Source of the DNA: Eremomyces bilateralis CBS 781.70
Lineage: Eukaryota
Direction: 5' to 3' (one strand)
Length of the DNA stretch: 64,000 nt
NCBI GenBank assembly: GCA_010015585.1
Contig: ML975153.1
Position 1 is the stretch's first letter, and each line of letters begins with the position of its first letter. Of this stretch, positions 1 through 10,285 are shown one piece after another. The position numbers and the translations under genes were made by a program. The notes below the pieces were generated by a model. It saw only the letters and a program-made list of their open reading frames with translations. It did no database searches and was not told the origin of the DNA.

Positions 1-30
1 CAGTAGCGGAACTTGCAGGGGCCAATCAAC
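1..30 (+). repeat. Left terminal inverted repeat (30 bp, 5'-CAGTAG)
   Basis: 29/30 match to the reverse complement of 7341-7370; mismatch at position 7 (a CpG). Confidence 0.95.
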
Positions 31-227
31 GGTGGATCAACGGTTGAATGGAATCAACGGTGGATGGATGGTTGAATCTTGGACGACGTATAGAAATGAT
101 ATACGTGGAAGGTGCTATACCGTGGATTACGAAATACCGTGGATCAACGGTAGATTCCGGTACACGAAGTTGAAAATTCCTCGAGGATTCCGATAAACCG
201 TTAATTCACCGTTGATTCACCGTTAAA
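25..227. repeat. Left subterminal array of ATCAACGG / CCGTTGAT motifs
   Basis: ATCAACGG at 25, 36, 53 and 143; inverted CCGTT(G/A)A at 198, 209 and 220. Confidence 0.9.
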
Positions 228-396
228 CTTCAACCACTGAATGAGTTCTTCTATGGATGCCACCACTCTGAACTGTGTGTCGTTTTATCTAAAAGCCCAT
301 TCTACCATCTGTGCCGCCATCGTCAAGCGCATTTAGCTTAGAGATCTCTGTCTGTAATCATTGTAAAACACTTTCCTTGCAATGAAGCTATAGAAA

Positions 397-1802
397 ATGT
401 CTACTGGACAGCAGAACTCGGTCTTAGATGCGCAGGCTCCTTATCCTCTTCTCGATTCTGACGATGAGAATCCCTCTGTTCGGGAAGATTCCCTTTCTCC
501 ACGCGTAAGTTTACTTGTTTTTATATCCCTATGAATCATTTACTATGATTTCCGAGTAAATCCCATATATATTGTAGTAATTGATTCATTTGGTGGTGAA
601 GGCACACAAGCGACAGCGCCGCGAAGAACTCTCTGCGCCGAAGAAGCGCAGTAAGGGGACGAAGAACGGACAAGCGTCCCAGTCCGAGCTTGATTTCCTG
701 TCTCAAGCAAAGAAATTTGGGCGCGAAACTCGGTGGAGTTGGTTCCTCAACCATGACACCGATGCCTATCCTTCGTTGATCCGGAAGGTATATGGCCAGG
801 ATTTTCCAGCCGAAATGACTGCGGATTCTGCCCTCTGGCGCCGGGCCAAACAGGTCTTTAAAGACCAAGTCAAAACGTTCAAGGCCCAAACCATCGAGAA
901 GATGAGAGTAAGTTCAAAATTCTAAGTCCCCAAGTCTAGATTTCCATTTCCCCCTTCTAGATCCCATTTTCAAGTCCAGATCTCATTTCCCCCTTTAGAT
1001 TTCTCTTTTTAAGTCCATATTCCATATCCCAAGTCCAGATCTACATTTCCAAGTCCATTTCAAGTTCAAATCAAGTTTAAATCTCCAGAACGCTATATTT
1101 AACTCCAGATCTATTTGTCCAAATCTAGAATTCAATGTTTAAGTATTTAACTACTATGTATGTAGGACTGGCTCGAGCAGAACGTACTCCTGAATCAAGT
1201 CTTGTCTCGACTAGATTCCGCTGGTGTTGCCCTCCATCTCGGCGAAAAGTTCTCTTCGGAGGATTTCCTTAACGTATGGTATTATATGAAGGGATATCTA
1301 GATGTAGATAAATCCTCTCAATTGGGGGAATTTTATTGCAAGTGTAAGTTATATATTTCATATATCCGCGTTTTATCTCTTGTGTTTTGTCGAACTATGT
1401 TTTATCTAGTTGTCCTTTGAATCTGGATTTTATCCATCTAGATGTATATTCTGTCTAACTGTGTCCTGGCATTTGTCCATTTAAAGCCGCATTTTGCCCA
1501 TAATCTAACGTAAAATAGCCATGTTTATGTCCCTGGGCTCGTTCGTGTGGGGGATTGTTCGGGCGGAGCGTATAGAGAAGACTGGCTCCGAAACGGCGAA
1601 ATCCAAGCTTCATAAAGCTTGGTATTCAATGTGCCTTGCGGAGCCGTTTGAGGACGTGGATAGGGAGTGTTTTAAAGAGCTATTTAATATTAGCTCTGGG
1701 CAGAGGGACCCTACACCGCGTCAAAATGACGCTACACTAGCGACAATGTCGTTTGCACTTATAGCCCCCCCTCCTCACCCCCGCGACTCTAGGTCCGGTT
1801 AG
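397..1802 (+). pseudogene. Transposon accessory gene (TnpA-like position), ~299 aa, unknown family, one in-frame TAA
   Basis: join(397..504,578..907,1166..1343,1519..1802). Three GTAAGT..TAG introns with compatible phases (0,0,1) stitch ORFs 581..925, 1202..1420 and 1521..1802 into one frame. TAA at 578-580. Confidence 0.7.
928..1130. repeat. Degenerate tandem repeats (caagtccagat...catt) in intron 2 of the accessory gene
   Basis: Recurrent caagtctagat / caagtccagat / aagtccatat units followed by cattt/cccc tracts. Confidence 0.6.
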
Positions 1803-2758
1803 TCCCCGTTCTTCTCCCCCCTCTCCTCTCTCCTTTCTCCTCTCCTCCCTCCTCTCCCCCCTCTCTCCCCTTCCATTCGCGCTGTTTCGTTTTCTATGGT
1901 CTGTAGGACCGTGTGGTTGTTTTCTGTAGTCTGGTGTTTGTGGTCTGGTTTCTGTTTCCTATTTTCTTATGTAGTGTGTTTAGAACTGTGTTTTCTGCTC
2001 TGTATTTTATATTCCTGTGCTTTTCTATCAGATGCTCCGTTTTCGTGCAATATTTCTATAGTATAGTACTGCTTACACAGCCGCTAGGTGGCATTGTGCC
2101 TGGACTTCTAGATCTTTGGGATTCCCAACGTATTCTTGGGTATAGGATACATACACGGTATGTGGTTCTTAGACAACCAAACCCAGTTCCCTAACCCCTT
2201 AATATGTCTTGGCTTCTAGTTCCTCTAGGTCATCTCTACCGCCAATAGAAGACCTACTCCCTAATCTATATCTTTATAACCTAGTAGATGATGATCCGTT
2301 GCTAAGGATGGTTCCTAGTATACTTCTTATTCCGGCACGTATTGTCTACCTGCTATAGTGGATCCTACTACCCGCCTACCTGCCTGTCTGCCCGGAATGT
2401 AATTTCCTTTACTAGTTTTCTTTTGAATGATAAAGTAAATAGAATAGAATACGATACTATGTCTAATAGCCTACTGTATTCTCAATTGCGAGAACAACTT
2501 AGGTGCATACCGGTGGTGGATTTCGAAAATTGCAAAGTCCTGATACGCCAGTGTGCCTTCCATTTCTTATATTCCGTACCTGCTACAAACGTACTTAACA
2601 CATTAAAATTCCCACATGCAACCTCTTATCTACCACAGCCTCACCTGCTACAACAGAACTTACACTTACACTCTTCATTCTTAATCTTATCCTTATTTCC
2701 TATTCTCACTCGTATCATCAATCATCTCTATATACCCATTAGATCCGACCTCGTTAAG

Positions 2759-5700
2759 ATGTCTCGTATCCCTATTCGAGGCCTAGCGGATATACTCCTT
2801 GCCAAAACGACACAAAGGCATAGTAGGGACCAAGAAGGAAGCTCTTCAAAGAAGAGGAAGATTAAGGAAGAACTTGTGGACGATAGAGAATTCCTAGCTG
2901 GGTTTAGTGATGACGAAAGTGATTATAACGTCAGTCCTGACCTACATGCCGTAAGTATAATGGATATAATAAATCTGATAAATATTCAACAGAATGACTT
3001 ACAGGTAAATAGGATCTTGCCTCTGATGACCTTACAGAGAACCTCATTGGCCTCCAGACTGACCAGGCTGAAGTCGTTGACGATAATGAGACAACCCTTC
3101 TAGATCTACACGATCTTCGGCTGCTCGAGCAGTTCCAGGATCCTGAAGAGGAAGATATAATACCAACGGTTCCTGTCGATACTATCGATGAGGACGATAT
3201 AGAGACTGTTATATCTGCCACAGTTGGATATCAGCCATCTTTCACTGCCGCACCTTCTACCGCTGTATTTGACACGGTCGCTGGTCCTAGTCACGTCACT
3301 GCTGAGGCCACTGCGGCCATCCAACCGCCTGCGGACTTCGACGACTCAACACCTGTCCCCAACCCTCGAGCAGCCCCTACATCAGACTTTGAGGTTGCAC
3401 TCGGCCTATGGTGTCAAGAGGCAGGTATCTCACGCGCTCAGTGGACAGGCCTTCGAGAAATCCTTAATATGCTGAGCGATGACGCTGTAAAGAAGCTGCC
3501 AAAGGCCCTAGATACCCTGAAGCTACATGCTGTTGGCCAACTCCCTCTCCTTGAGCTCCGTCAGACCCCCATCAAGCTTAATATTGCCAAGCTGCCTGCC
3601 TCAAGGAGGAAAATCATTATGAGCAGAGCATTAGCAGCGGGTCAGGTTGCCACTGCGCCTGACAACCTCTTCTTCTTTAACCCTATCTACCTCTTCCAAG
3701 CTATTCTCTCATCAACGATCCGCGAGCGTATGCATATCGGAATGGCCCATTTCGTTGATGAGCCGGCAGAGCTCTGGCACTCTACCGCCTGGGCCTCTTC
3801 AATCCGCTACTCCTCCGGCGAGTTCCCGCGTCTCCCCGAAGGCCAGGTAGTCTTTCCGTCTGATATTGTACTATACCAGTGCAACGAAGCTATATGCCGC
3901 TGCCACACAGACGCTGACAAAAATCACATCGGTCGCATTCTCTCGTTTGGTAGAGACTACCGTAGCCAACGTGAGCATCGTGGCCCTATTGGATCGGTCG
4001 TCGTCGAGGTCCAAAAGATCGTTCCGTTCATCGATCTTATGGATACACGCCGGGATCTCTTGCTCATGATCATCAAGCTTGACCCTCTGCCAGAAAATAA
4101 GGAACTAGTGATCCTAGAGGATGATATTTCTATGGTTCTCGAGAGTGCTCTTACTCCATATACCTTCAACTTTGACATCTTCCTTGACTATGCCTTCGAG
4201 AGCAGCGTTAAGCTTAGAGACGACAAGAGCCATATTCAAGGCCAGCTCTTTATCCGCCGTATTTTCCGTGGGGACAATATCCGCCCTCTAAACCAGTCTA
4301 GGGCTATCCGTGGCCAGATAGAGATAGCGGAATATGGTCGCCAGTATCTCGTTGACAAGTTTAGCAAAAGTTCTAACATTATCTCTATTCCCCTGCTCGC
4401 CTTTCTTGACGGGTTCGGCTTATTTCGGAACATGTACCGTACGATTATGGGGTTCTATCTCTTATTAGCGCCTCTCCGCAGTTCAGACCGTAATAAGAGG
4501 CAGAATGTCTTCCCACTTACACTCGGCCCGCATGGCAGCAACTTTACAGAGGTTACCGATGCCCTTAGAGGTAGAATAACACAGCTCGAACGAGGCATTG
4601 ATATGCTTATCACCGGTAAGCAGTTTACCGTCTGCGTCTCTGTTATGGCATATATTGGTGATATGCCCCAGCAGCAGACCAATTCAGGCTTCCGATCTGT
4701 CGCCGCCGAATCTACTTGCAGGATGTGTCTTGTCGAGACTGCCCAACGTGGCCTCCTTGATTTTGATATCGAAGCCCGCGGCCGATACCACTATGAAGTT
4801 ATACGTCAGAGGGCTTCTATCCGAAGCAGACCTAACAAGATCCAGAGGAAGATTACGGCCGATAAGTTAGGTATGGAAGCAGAGGACCCGGCATTGATGA
4901 AACTGAGTCCTGCTCTTGATCTCGTCCTCTCCCGTCCTCCCGATCCTTTCCACTCTGAACTCAATGGCATCACGAAGCTTACGCACCTTCTGTGGAATGG
5001 AGATCTCTTGACAAAAAAGGCCGCAGCCGAATATGGTCGGTTGCTCCGCTCTTTTCCGTTCCCTCCCGGATGGGGTCGTCTCCAAGCTCCTGAGCACTAC
5101 ATCGGAAGCTACTCCCTTCAAGAGCACGCCCGATGGAGCGTTATTGCCCCCTGCCTGGCTCGAGTTTGGTTACGCGAAAAGCATATCCAGAATGCGTACT
5201 TCGAGGGCGTCCATATTGCGTTTAAAGATATTATGGTCGAGATTGGTGAATCTAGCAAGAACCCCAGCAGACAGCTTGTCCCAAACTTGATCGTTACGGC
5301 GTTATCGGCGATTGCCAAGTCTAACATGCTCTGCACTGCTTCTCACCTGACGCAAGGAGAGCGTCAAACTTTCGATACGGATATCAAGCGGTGCCGTGAC
5401 ATGTTTAAGCGGCTCTGCAGAGCTGCTGCTCTTGCGTCGTCGAGTCGTCGGACATCTGTTAATCCGCCTGCCTCAGATACTGCCCCCCAGGTAGGCGGAA
5501 AATCAACTGCTAGCCAGATAGTCGTCTCATCGATCGAGACGCCAGGGCCAATGCAAGGACAGACAGCCATAGATGGTGCCCTCACCACAAAAAAGGCCAT
5601 CCAGTTCCAACGGGATCAGCAGAGGCCAAATGTCCATATTGGTTTACATTTTCAAGAGGTTCTCCGTGAGTATGCCATCCCTGCTAACGCGGGTGTCCTG

Positions 5701-6609
5701 CCTGGTGAGAACAAGCATAAGGAGTACAAGAATGCCATCCTCCTTACAAATAAGCGCAACCCTGAGAAGGACCTCCTCTAGCGCGAGAATATTCGTCAAA
5801 CCCTCCGCCTCGCCCTTACCGGTGCCTTTCCTAATGCCAAGATCACTAAGCAGCTCCAAGACATTGACCAAGCCTGTCCAACGCTCTTCCGCACTCTGTT
5901 TCCACAGGAGACTATGCGTCTGGCGATCGATGAAGATAATACCGGCGATACCGTCGAGAACATCATCTTTGACGATGGTCATCGTAATCCTACAGCGCAG
6001 TCTAAGATCCAGCAGAAGTATTGCCGCGAGACGCTCAAGCTCCCTACACGCCCGTCACATATGACAGCAGGTTTCCGTGGTAATTTATCCTCTGCCTATC
6101 TCCGAGACTATGGGCGGAACGTACACCATATGGGAACCAGTGTCGTCGAGTGGTGGAAGAAGTTCTCGTTTGATGCCAATAATAAGAGGACTACTTTTGG
6201 ACGAGGTGACTTCATCCAGGTCCGTGGTACCACCCTTAAGGTATGCGGTATCGACGATATCTTCACGCATGAAGCGCTGCCCGGCTATAAGCGCCTGTTC
6301 CTCATCCTGACGCCCACCTTGCAACCCACCGAACGTGTCGATCCTGCGCCTACCTCACAACACACCGGATGCGTCAATCCTGTATCGACCTCGCAAGCCA
6401 CCGGACGTATTGACCCTATTCTCAAGCTCCCTCTCCTGCGTATTGAAGGCGAGGAGCAGCAGTTCTTCGTCGGCCTTCCTGCTATCGAAGCTACCAAGCT
6501 CTTTATCCTCCCCGTCAAGGAACACGACGGACATGACAATGAGATACCGTTGGACAAGGATTCGGACACGCTGCTATATGTAAACTGGAGCAAGATCCAC
6601 TTTATGTAG
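2759..6609 (+). pseudogene. CACTA/EnSpm/Plavaka-like DDE transposase, ~1,260 aa, single premature TAG
   Basis: join(2759..2950,3013..6609), intron GTAAGT..TAG. The frame is open 3013-5778 and again 5782-6606. Motifs: AFLDGFG (D, 4408), YIGDMPQQ (D, 4660), CRMC, DPFH..NG, NVHIGLH, GENKH (E, 5707). TAG at 5779-5781. Confidence 0.88.
6322..6417 (+). repeat. 36-bp coding tandem repeat (~2.7 copies) in the transposase C-terminus
   Basis: QPTERVDPAPTS / QHTGCVNPVSTS / QATGRIDP; units start at 6322, 6358 and 6394. Confidence 0.75.
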
Positions 6610-6710
6610 TGCCTGGCGCCAGACAAGCTTAAGATAGCTGGCTGTCAGGAGAGATAGATGAGACGGATCTGTGTAATAAGAAGGGCGCTCTGGTGGCTTG
6701 CAAACTATAC

Positions 6711-6777
6711 GATAGATGGATGGATGGATGGATGGATGGATGGATGGATAGATGGATGGATAGATGGGTGGATGGAT
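6711..6777. repeat. (GATG)n microsatellite downstream of the transposase
   Basis: gatggatggatg... with GATA interruptions. Confidence 0.95.
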
Positions 6778-7149
6778 TCTGATGGCTTACAAAGTGTATG
6801 ATGGATGGACGAGATGAATAGATGGATAGATCGCTGCACTGATGGCATCAAATGGGTGTCTGGGACCGATGGGACGAAAACAATACACCGGCATACACTT
6901 CCTACCGTGGGAGGTAAAGTCTCTCTACACCGACCACAGGAGCGCCGCACTACCTCTAACCCACCCAACTCTGTTCGACTCTTAACATGAAGGGGATTTT
7001 ACACGCGATACAGCGATGTATGTATAATACACAGGCTTTCCGATAAGCTTAGCAAAACATTCAAGCAGCATGGGGGGCTGGTTGTAACGAGTAAAACATT
7101 CCTGCAAGTGAACCACGTGATTAGTAGTCGATCTGCGGTGGACAAACCA

Positions 7150-7346
7150 ATCAACGGTATAGACCCCGATCAACCGTTGATATACCGTTGAATAAGTCTA
7201 TACGTATAATGAAATCAACGGTGTAGGCGAAAATCAACCGTTGAATGCGTTATACGAAGATGCGAAATCAACGGGGAAACTTCGGTTGATTCGTATCAAC
7301 GGTTGATTTCTTTCAACGGTGGATCAACGGTATATCAACGGTTGAT
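7150..7346. repeat. Right subterminal array of ATCAACGG / CCGTTGA motifs
   Basis: ATCAACGG at 7150, 7214, 7267, 7295, 7323 and 7334; inverted CCGTTGA at 7174, 7185 and 7238. Confidence 0.9.
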
Positions 7347-7370
7347 TGGCCCCTGCAAGTTCCACTACTG
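7341..7370 (-). repeat. Right terminal inverted repeat
   Basis: gttgattggcccctgcaagttccactactg. Confidence 0.95.
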
Positions 7371-7479
7371 CGTGTTGCAGTTGCAAGGGAACGAGGCAAC
7401 AAGGCACTCTTCCCAAGGCCGCCAGGCCAAAGAGCCATCAATCTGGGCCAGAAGCCCAAGACCGTTACATCCCTTTCGC

Positions 7480-8150
7480 TCAAGTCGAAAGCATGTTCCT
7501 AATAGTTGTGTCAAATTGCTCAGGTTCGCGGCCAAGTATTTGAGCCAAATTTGGGGTAACGGCTGCACATTCGCCATCGCGGATCGCATCAAACGCAGTT
7601 GTCCAGATAGGCGCCCAGTTACTACCCCGATATGTGAGATCAGTGTGGACCTGTGGCTGTTTGACATACTCATCCACAAGTACCTGACGGATCACGATTG
7701 GCTTATTGAGCACGCGGCTGAAGACATCCGCTGTTTCATTAAGAGACCGAGCACGAGGGCAAGAGGCGACTTGCTGCGTGTTGTTGGAAGGATTGAGCAG
7801 GTGGTCAACAGTCAATACAACAAGTACAGGAAACAGATTGCTTCTTCTAAACGCAGCGTTAAATTCAAGTACAGACTGGAGTCAATGCGGCAATGCCATT
7901 CCTGCCTCCCGGCATTCATGACATCCTTACCCCACCAGCATTTGAACGCATTAGACAACAGGATCTGCTGCACCAGAAGGAGCAAACATAACGTCGTCGG
8001 GGGAATCCTTGTTCTGGCCTCTTTGAGAAGATAAATGGTCTTCCATGTCATCATACGCTGCGAGATGTGATGCATTCTGGATCGACGTTACGACCAAACC
8101 ACCTTTACGACGATTATTGGCGCTATCAACGTAAGCAAGGTCGGTCAATA
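7480..8150 (-). pseudogene. Decayed NmrA-like / atypical SDR gene (C-terminal part recognisable)
   Basis: PRARSLNETADVFSRVLNKPIVIRQVLVDEYV...GECAAVTPNLAQILGREPEQFDTTIRNML resembles the C-terminus of fungal NmrA-type proteins. No Rossmann GxxGxxG N-terminus is seen; the 5' limit is approximate. Confidence 0.6.
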
Positions 8151-8278
8151 ATCCTCTCTCTAAGCCTATATCGATCTATCCTAGAGCCGCAGTTGAACGA
8201 CGTGCACTGCCGTCTCTTCCTTAATCCCAGGGTCAAACACTTGCTGATGTCTTACGACACATAAATACCTCTGTCGCC

Positions 8279-8803
8279 GTGTTAATTCCTACATCTTTAC
8301 TAGCTGCGAATGCTATAACTACTTCTATATCTGTATCGATTCCTGAACCTGCTCTTGTGTCTTCCCCTACTCCATCTCATTTGCCTTCATCTGTTTCTAT
8401 TAAAGTGTCTATTACTACGGCTCAACCCCCTCTACAGTCTGCCTGGCAACCTTTGTCGTTAGAAGAGTTCTTTGCTGACGTCGAGTGTCGACGGCTTCAG
8501 CCCACTCTGTATAACTGCAGTGACTTGAACACATTGAACAATTTTTTGGCGGAGACAGGGCAGGAAAAGGACCCCATAGAAGTGATCGAAGCACGGAATA
8601 TGGCTCTCGCTACAAGCGGAGTGTATGCTTCCTGCACTCCAACAATGGCATGGAATTATCACTTTGGAGATGTGGAAGCTTTCTACGCTGAAAGATTTGC
8701 ACAAGCCGATGCTCAAAATGTGCTTAGAGAGCGCCCTAAGCGCGCACTAGCAGAGGCGGCTTCAAATTCATGGAAAGGACTCGGTCCGCGCAAGAGCCAG
8801 TGA
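8279..8803 (+). other. ORF of unknown nature, possibly a TE or gene relic
   Basis: 174-codon ORF with a non-ATG start in TpA-rich sequence; no family recognised. Confidence 0.2.
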
Positions 8804-9454
8804 CGTCAGTAGAAAGAAGATAGGCGTGATAATATAGACTAGCTGATATAGGTTATTTGAGAGGAGTAGACGGAAGCCTCCCGCCGAACACCCTTTCGTA
8901 TGCTTATGGAAGTGCTACATGGAGAGCGCTTACACGCGAACAGTTCGAGAATATGTACTTACAAACGTATATCTATAGTTAGGAGTGCGTACGATCGTGA
9001 ACGACTTGCTTGATGTAATTTATTCTATACTAGTATCAATTGGGAAACTGGGTGGAAAATCTCACCAGCCTCAGCAGTATGTACTGTAATACTCGAACGG
9101 CAGAGGGATGGCGCAGGCCAGGGCATCAGCTCTGGAGGCTGGGAGCCTGAGGTTATAACCTGCATTGATAATAACCGATATATTTTGGAGAAAGGGGAAG
9201 TAAACAGCGCGTGAGGTCGCTACTGCGATGGTTGCCTGAAGGTGATGTGATGAAGTAAAATTGCCGGTCGCTCCCATAGGTGATAGGAGATGTTATTTAC
9301 AACAACGATTAGAATAATGGGTATCCAAGGGTCGCTTCGCCGCCCAGGCGTATCGTCATCCACGCTCAGTGCTCCACGCTCACCGCACATGGCCAGATCA
9401 GCTTCTGTCCCCGAGGCAACCAATGTGTCGCCGGTAATGGGACATCAGAAATAT

Positions 9455-10285
9455 CTACTGCCCGACCCCGCTGAAGAGGCCTCCGAAAAGCCCGCCGCCG
9501 CTGGCGCCAAGGCCGCTATTGCTGCTCTCGGCGAAGCCACCAGTCGATCCGCCGGATGAGCCACCGCTGCTCTGAGCAGCGCGGATGCGTTGCGCCAGGA
9601 ACTCGCCCGCGTCGTCCCCGTCCACCATGTAGGTCAGATGGGCCACGGTGATGATCAAGGTGCCGCTGCAGACAAGGTCGCCTATGGCGCAGATGATCTT
9701 GAAGTTCTCCGGGGGGATACCTTGGATCTTGCCGCGGGACTGCAGCTTCTTGGTGTCGCCGAAGGTGACGACGCCGGCGATGCGGGAAACGACTTGCGAA
9801 GGGGAGTCTTCGATGGCCTCGTGGGTGATGGCGGCACCTTGGCTATATGATGGTTAGAATGGGGTGGCGAGGTTGAAGAGCTGGGATTGGGCGAACCTGT
9901 AACCACCGGCGACGACGATGGAACCGTCGCATTGGGTAGCCTTCTGAAGCTTCGCCTTCATGTCGCGGACACCAGTGGGGTCACCGCCCGACGGGAGGAA
10001 GTTGGTGGTCAACAGCGCAGGATAGTCGACGCCCTCCGCGGCGACGTTCTCCTTGCCGAAGATGTCCTTGAGCTTATTAGCCGTGTTTGGACCGGCGATG
10101 AATCCGAAGTTGCCCGGCTCGGTCGAGCCACGAGCAAAGATGAAGATGACCGGTTTGCAGCCTTCTTCAGTGAACTCGCTGGCAGACATGCCGACACCGA
10201 ACAATTGACGGGCCTCGACTGGCTCTGCCACCGGGGCTGCGGTGGCGATGCCCGCAAGCAGGGTAAGAATGGAAGCAACCTTCAT
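9455..10285 (-). CDS. Secreted cutinase (CE5) with Gly/Ser-rich C-terminal tail
   Basis: complement(join(9455..9842,9897..10285)). Signal peptide, CKPVIFIFARGSTEPGN, GYSQG (Ser codon split by a 54-bp intron), CAIGDLVC and AHLTY. Confidence 0.95.

Larger units (their letters stand above)
1..7370 (+). mobile_element. Full-length TIR DNA transposon, CACTA/EnSpm (CMC)/Plavaka-like, two genes, 7,370 bp
   Basis: 1-30 (cagtagcggaacttgcaggggccaatcaac) is the reverse complement of 7341-7370 with one mismatch. ATCAACGG arrays lie inside both ends and there is an internal DDE transposase. The TSD cannot be read because the left flank is outside the window. Confidence 0.93.

Noticed and set aside
2342..3103. 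253-aa ORF as an independent gene
   Set aside because: Non-ATG start. Only 2759-2950 is used, as transposase exon 1; the rest is upstream, intron or off-frame sequence.
5914..6609. Separate 231-aa gene
   Set aside because: Same frame as the transposase with an open linker from 5782; better explained as its C-terminus.
7150..7346. CRISPR-like array
   Set aside because: 8-bp motifs with irregular spacing in both orientations in eukaryotic DNA; these are transposon subterminal repeats.
7303..8034. 243-aa plus-strand ORF crossing the right TIR
   Set aside because: TTG start inside the repeats, antisense to the NmrA relic, no recognisable motifs.
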